Assembly: GCA_965112735.1 (NCBI GenBank)
Contig: OZ218964.1
Location: 1,984,001-2,048,000, forward strand
DNA: 64,000 nucleotides
Direction of reading: 5' to 3'
Origin: Phaeosaccion multiseriatum
Lineage: Eukaryota > Protista > Ochrophyta, other classes
The notes under the pieces are model-generated. The model had not been told where the DNA came from, made no database searches, and saw nothing but the letters and a program-made list of their open reading frames with translations. A program made the translations under genes and the position numbers. The stretch's first letter is position 1; every line of letters begins with the position of its first letter. Of the stretch, positions 60,471 through 64,000 are shown piece after piece.

Positions 60471-63400
60471 AAGGGGGTGAAGCGGGGCGTAGGGCACTCA
60501 CCATGGTGACTTCCCTACCCTCCGCTACATCCGAAATGCAGTGTCCGCCCTCTGTGATAGAAGCGGCCCTCTTCTCAGACCAACTGGCCTCCGAAGAAGG
60601 AGCCCCTCACAGGGCTGCACTCTCCTAATGAAGAGTCCTTCCCCCAACATCCCCAGCCTTTGACTCACCGGCGCCCCATTCACAACTGACGACTGTGTGG
60701 ATGAGGAGCCCTACCACTTGCTCACTCACAGCTGGCGACGCCCTGGATGTTGAGGTCCGTCACTTCCCGCGACGACACTGAGGAGCACCTGTTCTTCCCC
60801 CGGCTCTCGCCGACGACAAGGGAGGAGGCCCCTCACTGCATTCCCGCCCCCACCCGAGCGCCACGACGGCGCGAAACCCCAAACGAGGCAGTTGCTGAGC
60901 TCGATATGCCCGCGCTATGCACTAGATCAGCGCAACAGGCCTAACCAACACACTACATCCCCACAACGAAGCCGAGTCGGGCATGGAGTGGCCTCAAAAT
61001 GCCCAATCTGACCCTTGGCTGGACCCAAAACCAGCATTTTGCGAAGTAAACACACCCCAAACGAGGCAGTTGCTGGTTATGATATGCCCGCGCCGGGCAC
61101 TGGCTCAGCACAATAGGCCTAACCAACACACTACATGCCCATAACAAAGCCAAGCCGGGCATGGAGTGACCTCAAAATGCCCAATCTGACCCTTGGCTGG
61201 ACCCAAAACCGGAATTTGCCAGACACGAACACCTCAAACGAGGCAGTTGCTGGTCTTGATATGCCCGCGCTGTGCGCTACTACAGCACAGTGGGCCTACC
61301 CGACACACTACGACGCCACAACGAAGCCAAGTCGGGCATGGAATGGCCTCAAAATGCCCAATTGGCACATGGCTGGACCCAAAACCGGAATTTGTGAGGA
61401 ACACACACCCCAAACGAGGCAGTTGCTGGTCCTGATCTGCCCGCGCTGTGCGCTATTACAGCACAGTGGGCCTACCAAACACACTACGACGCCACAACGA
61501 AGCCAAGTCGGGCATGGAGTGGCCTCAAAATGCCCAATCTGGCCCTTGCATGGCTGGACCTAAATTCAGCATTTATTAGGTAAAGACAACCCAAACAAGG
61601 CAGTTGCTGGCCTCGATATGCCCGCGCGGGGTGCTAGCTTCACTCTAATGGCCCAACCAACACACTGCATCCCCACAACGAAGCCGAGTCAGGCCTGGAG
61701 TGGCCTCAAAATGCCCAATGTGGCCCTTGGCTGGACACAAAATCGGTATTTAAAGGCACAAACACCCCAAACGAGGCAGTTGCTGAGCTCGATATGCCCG
61801 CGCTATGCACTACATCAGCGCAACAGGCCTAACCAACACACTACATCCCCACAACGAAGCCGAGTCGGGCATGGAGTGGCCTCAAAATGCCCAATCTGAC
61901 CCTTGGCTGGACCCAAAACCAGCATTTGCGAAGTAAACACACCCCAAACGAGGCAGTTGCTGATTATGATATGCCCGTGCCGGGCACTGGCTCAGCACAA
62001 CAGGCCTAACCAACACACTACATGCCCATAACAAAGCCAAGTCGGGCATGGAGTGCCCTCAAAATGCCCAATCTGACCCTTGGCTGGACCCAAAACCGGA
62101 ATTTGCCAGACACAAACACCTCAAACGAGGCAGTTGCTGGTCTTGATCTGCCCGCGCCGGGCACTGGCTCAGCACAACAGGCCTAACCAACACACTACAT
62201 GCCCACAACGAAGCCAAGTCGGGCATAGAATGGCCTCAAAATGCCCAATCTGGCACATGGCTGGACCCAAAACCGGAATATGCGAGGAACACACACCCCA
62301 AACGAGGCAGTTGCTGGTCTTGATCTGCCCGCGCTGTGCGCTATTACAGCACAGTGGGCCTACCCAACACACTACATGCCCACAACGAAGCCGAGTCGGG
62401 CCTGGAGTGGCCTCAAAATGCCCAATCTGACCCTTGGCTGGAATCAAAACCAGCATTTGCGAAGTAAACACACCCCAAACGAGGCAGTTGCTGGCCTTGA
62501 TATGCCCACGCCGGGCACTGGCTCAGCACAACAGGCCTAACCAACACACTACATGCCCATAACAAAGCCAAGTCGGGCATGGAGTGGCCTCAAAATGCCC
62601 AATCTGACCCTTGGCTGGACCCAAAACCGGAATTTGCCAGACACAAACACCTCAAACGAGGCAGTTGCTGGTCTTGATATGCCCGCGCCGGGCACTAGCT
62701 CAGCACAATAGGCCTAACCAACACACTACATCCCCACAACGAAGCCAAGTCGGGCATGGAATGGCCTCAAAACGCCCAATCTGGCACATGGCTGGACCCA
62801 AAACCGGCATTTGCCAGGCACAAACAACCGAAACGAGGCAGTTGCTGGTCTTGATATGCCCGCGCCGGGCACTGGCTCAGCACAACAGGCCTAACCAACA
62901 CACTACATGCCCACAACGAAGCCAAGTCGGGCATAGAATGGCCTCAAAATGCCCAATCTGGCACATGGCTGGACCCAAAACCGGAATTTGCCAGGCACAA
63001 ACAACCCAAACGAGGCAGTTGCTGGCCTTGATATGCCCGCGCCGGGCACTGGCTCTGCACAATAGACGTAACCAACACACTACATCCCCACAACAAAGCC
63101 AAGTCGGGCATGGAATGGCCTCAAAACGCGCAATCTGGCACATGGCTGGACCCAAAACCGGCATTTGCCAGGAACACACACCCCAAACGAGGCAGTTGCT
63201 GGTCTTGATCTGCCCGCGCTGTGCGCTATTACAGCACAGTGGGCCTACCCAACACACTACGACGCCACAACGAAGCCAAGTCGGGCATGGAGTGGCCTCA
63301 AAATGCCCAATCTGGCCCTTGCATGGCTGGACCTAAATTCAGCATTTATTAGGTAAAGACAACCCAAACAAGGCAGTTGCTGGCCTCGATATGCCCGCGC

Positions 63401-64000
63401 GGGGTGCTAGCTTCACTCTAATGGCCCAACCAACACACTGCATCCCCACAACGAAGCCGAGTCAGGCCTGGAGTGGCCTCAAAATGCCCAATGTGGCCCT
63501 TGGCTGGACACAAAATCGGTATTTGCAAGGCACAAACACCCCAAACGAGGCAGTTGCTGAGCTCGATATGCCCGCGCTATGCACTAGATCAGCGCAACAG
63601 GCCTAACCAACACACTACATCCCCACAACGAAGCCGAGTCGGGCATGGAGTGGCCTCAAAATGCCCAATCTGACCCTTGGCTGGACCCAAAACCAGCATT
63701 TGCGAAGTAAACACACCCCAAACGAGGCAGTTGCTGGTTATGATATGCCCGTGCCGGGCACTGGCTCTGCACAATAGGCCTAACCAACACACTACATGCC
63801 CATAACAAAGCCAAGCCGGGCATGGAGTGACCTCAAAATGCCCAATCTGACCCTTGGCTGGACCCAAAACCAGCATTTGCGAAGTAAACACACCCCAAAC
63901 GAGGCAGTTAATTGCTGGCCTTGATATGCCCGCGCCGGGCACTGGCTCTGCACAATAGGCCTAACCAACACACTACATGCCCATAACAAAGCCAAGTCGG

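Larger units (their letters stand above)
54664..60873 (+). mobile_element. Autonomous Ngaro-like retrotransposon, copy 2, short form A-gag-pol-YR-B
   Basis: A 54664-55119 and B 60474-60873, with three intact ORFs. The satellite rejoins as ggcacaa aca | aaa ccccaaacg. Confidence 0.95.
1710..64000. repeat. 177-bp tandem satellite array (putative centromeric/pericentromeric), interrupted by retroelement insertions
   Basis: The motif 'tggcacatggctggacccaaaaccggaatttgccagg...aaacgaggcagttgctgg' recurs every 177 nt (e.g. 1831, 2008, 2185). All monomers are head-to-tail in one orientation. The centromeric role is inferred only from monomer size and organisation. Confidence 0.97.

Noticed and set aside
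1891-63995. Numerous ORFs with repeating 59-aa units (MAGPKTGICQ..., MPNLTLGWTQ...)
   Set aside because: 177 bp equals 59 codons, so satellite frames stay open by chance. They occur in several frames and on both strands with sporadic stops.
1710-64000. CRISPR-like repeat/spacer array
   Set aside because: The monomers are contiguous 177-bp units with no unique spacers, and there are no cas genes.

Overview
This is eukaryotic repeat-rich DNA, most likely the edge of a centromeric or pericentromeric satellite domain; the host species cannot be determined from the sequence. About 1.7 kb of unique sequence, including a decayed low-complexity exon, is followed by a 177-bp satellite array with variable 5- to 10-mer higher-order structure that runs to the window end. 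The array is invaded by one family of Ngaro/PAT-type (split-direct-repeat) tyrosine-recombinase retrotransposons. There are two intact autonomous copies in opposite orientations (Gag, RT/RNase H, YR), five non-autonomous partner copies, one solo A2 repeat, and a 521-bp A-like relic of a sister family amplified seven times inside a ~2.12-kb satellite unit. The most notable points are: (1) gag and pol are in frame and separated by a single UGA followed by a predicted pseudoknot, suggesting readthrough; (2) the ATG-less YR ORF is preceded by splice acceptors in phase with a donor in gag, which would fuse a Tudor-like ORF1 N-terminus to the recombinase; (3) a leader hairpin array switches its loop concertedly between two classes that match two gag alleles; (4) integrations show 3-nt crossovers confined to ~60 bp of the monomer; (5) some insertions are one-ended with ~174-200 bp target duplications; (6) a 10.3-kb helper/parasite chimera sits at a single target site. 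Nearly all short ORFs in the supplied track are artefacts of the repeats.
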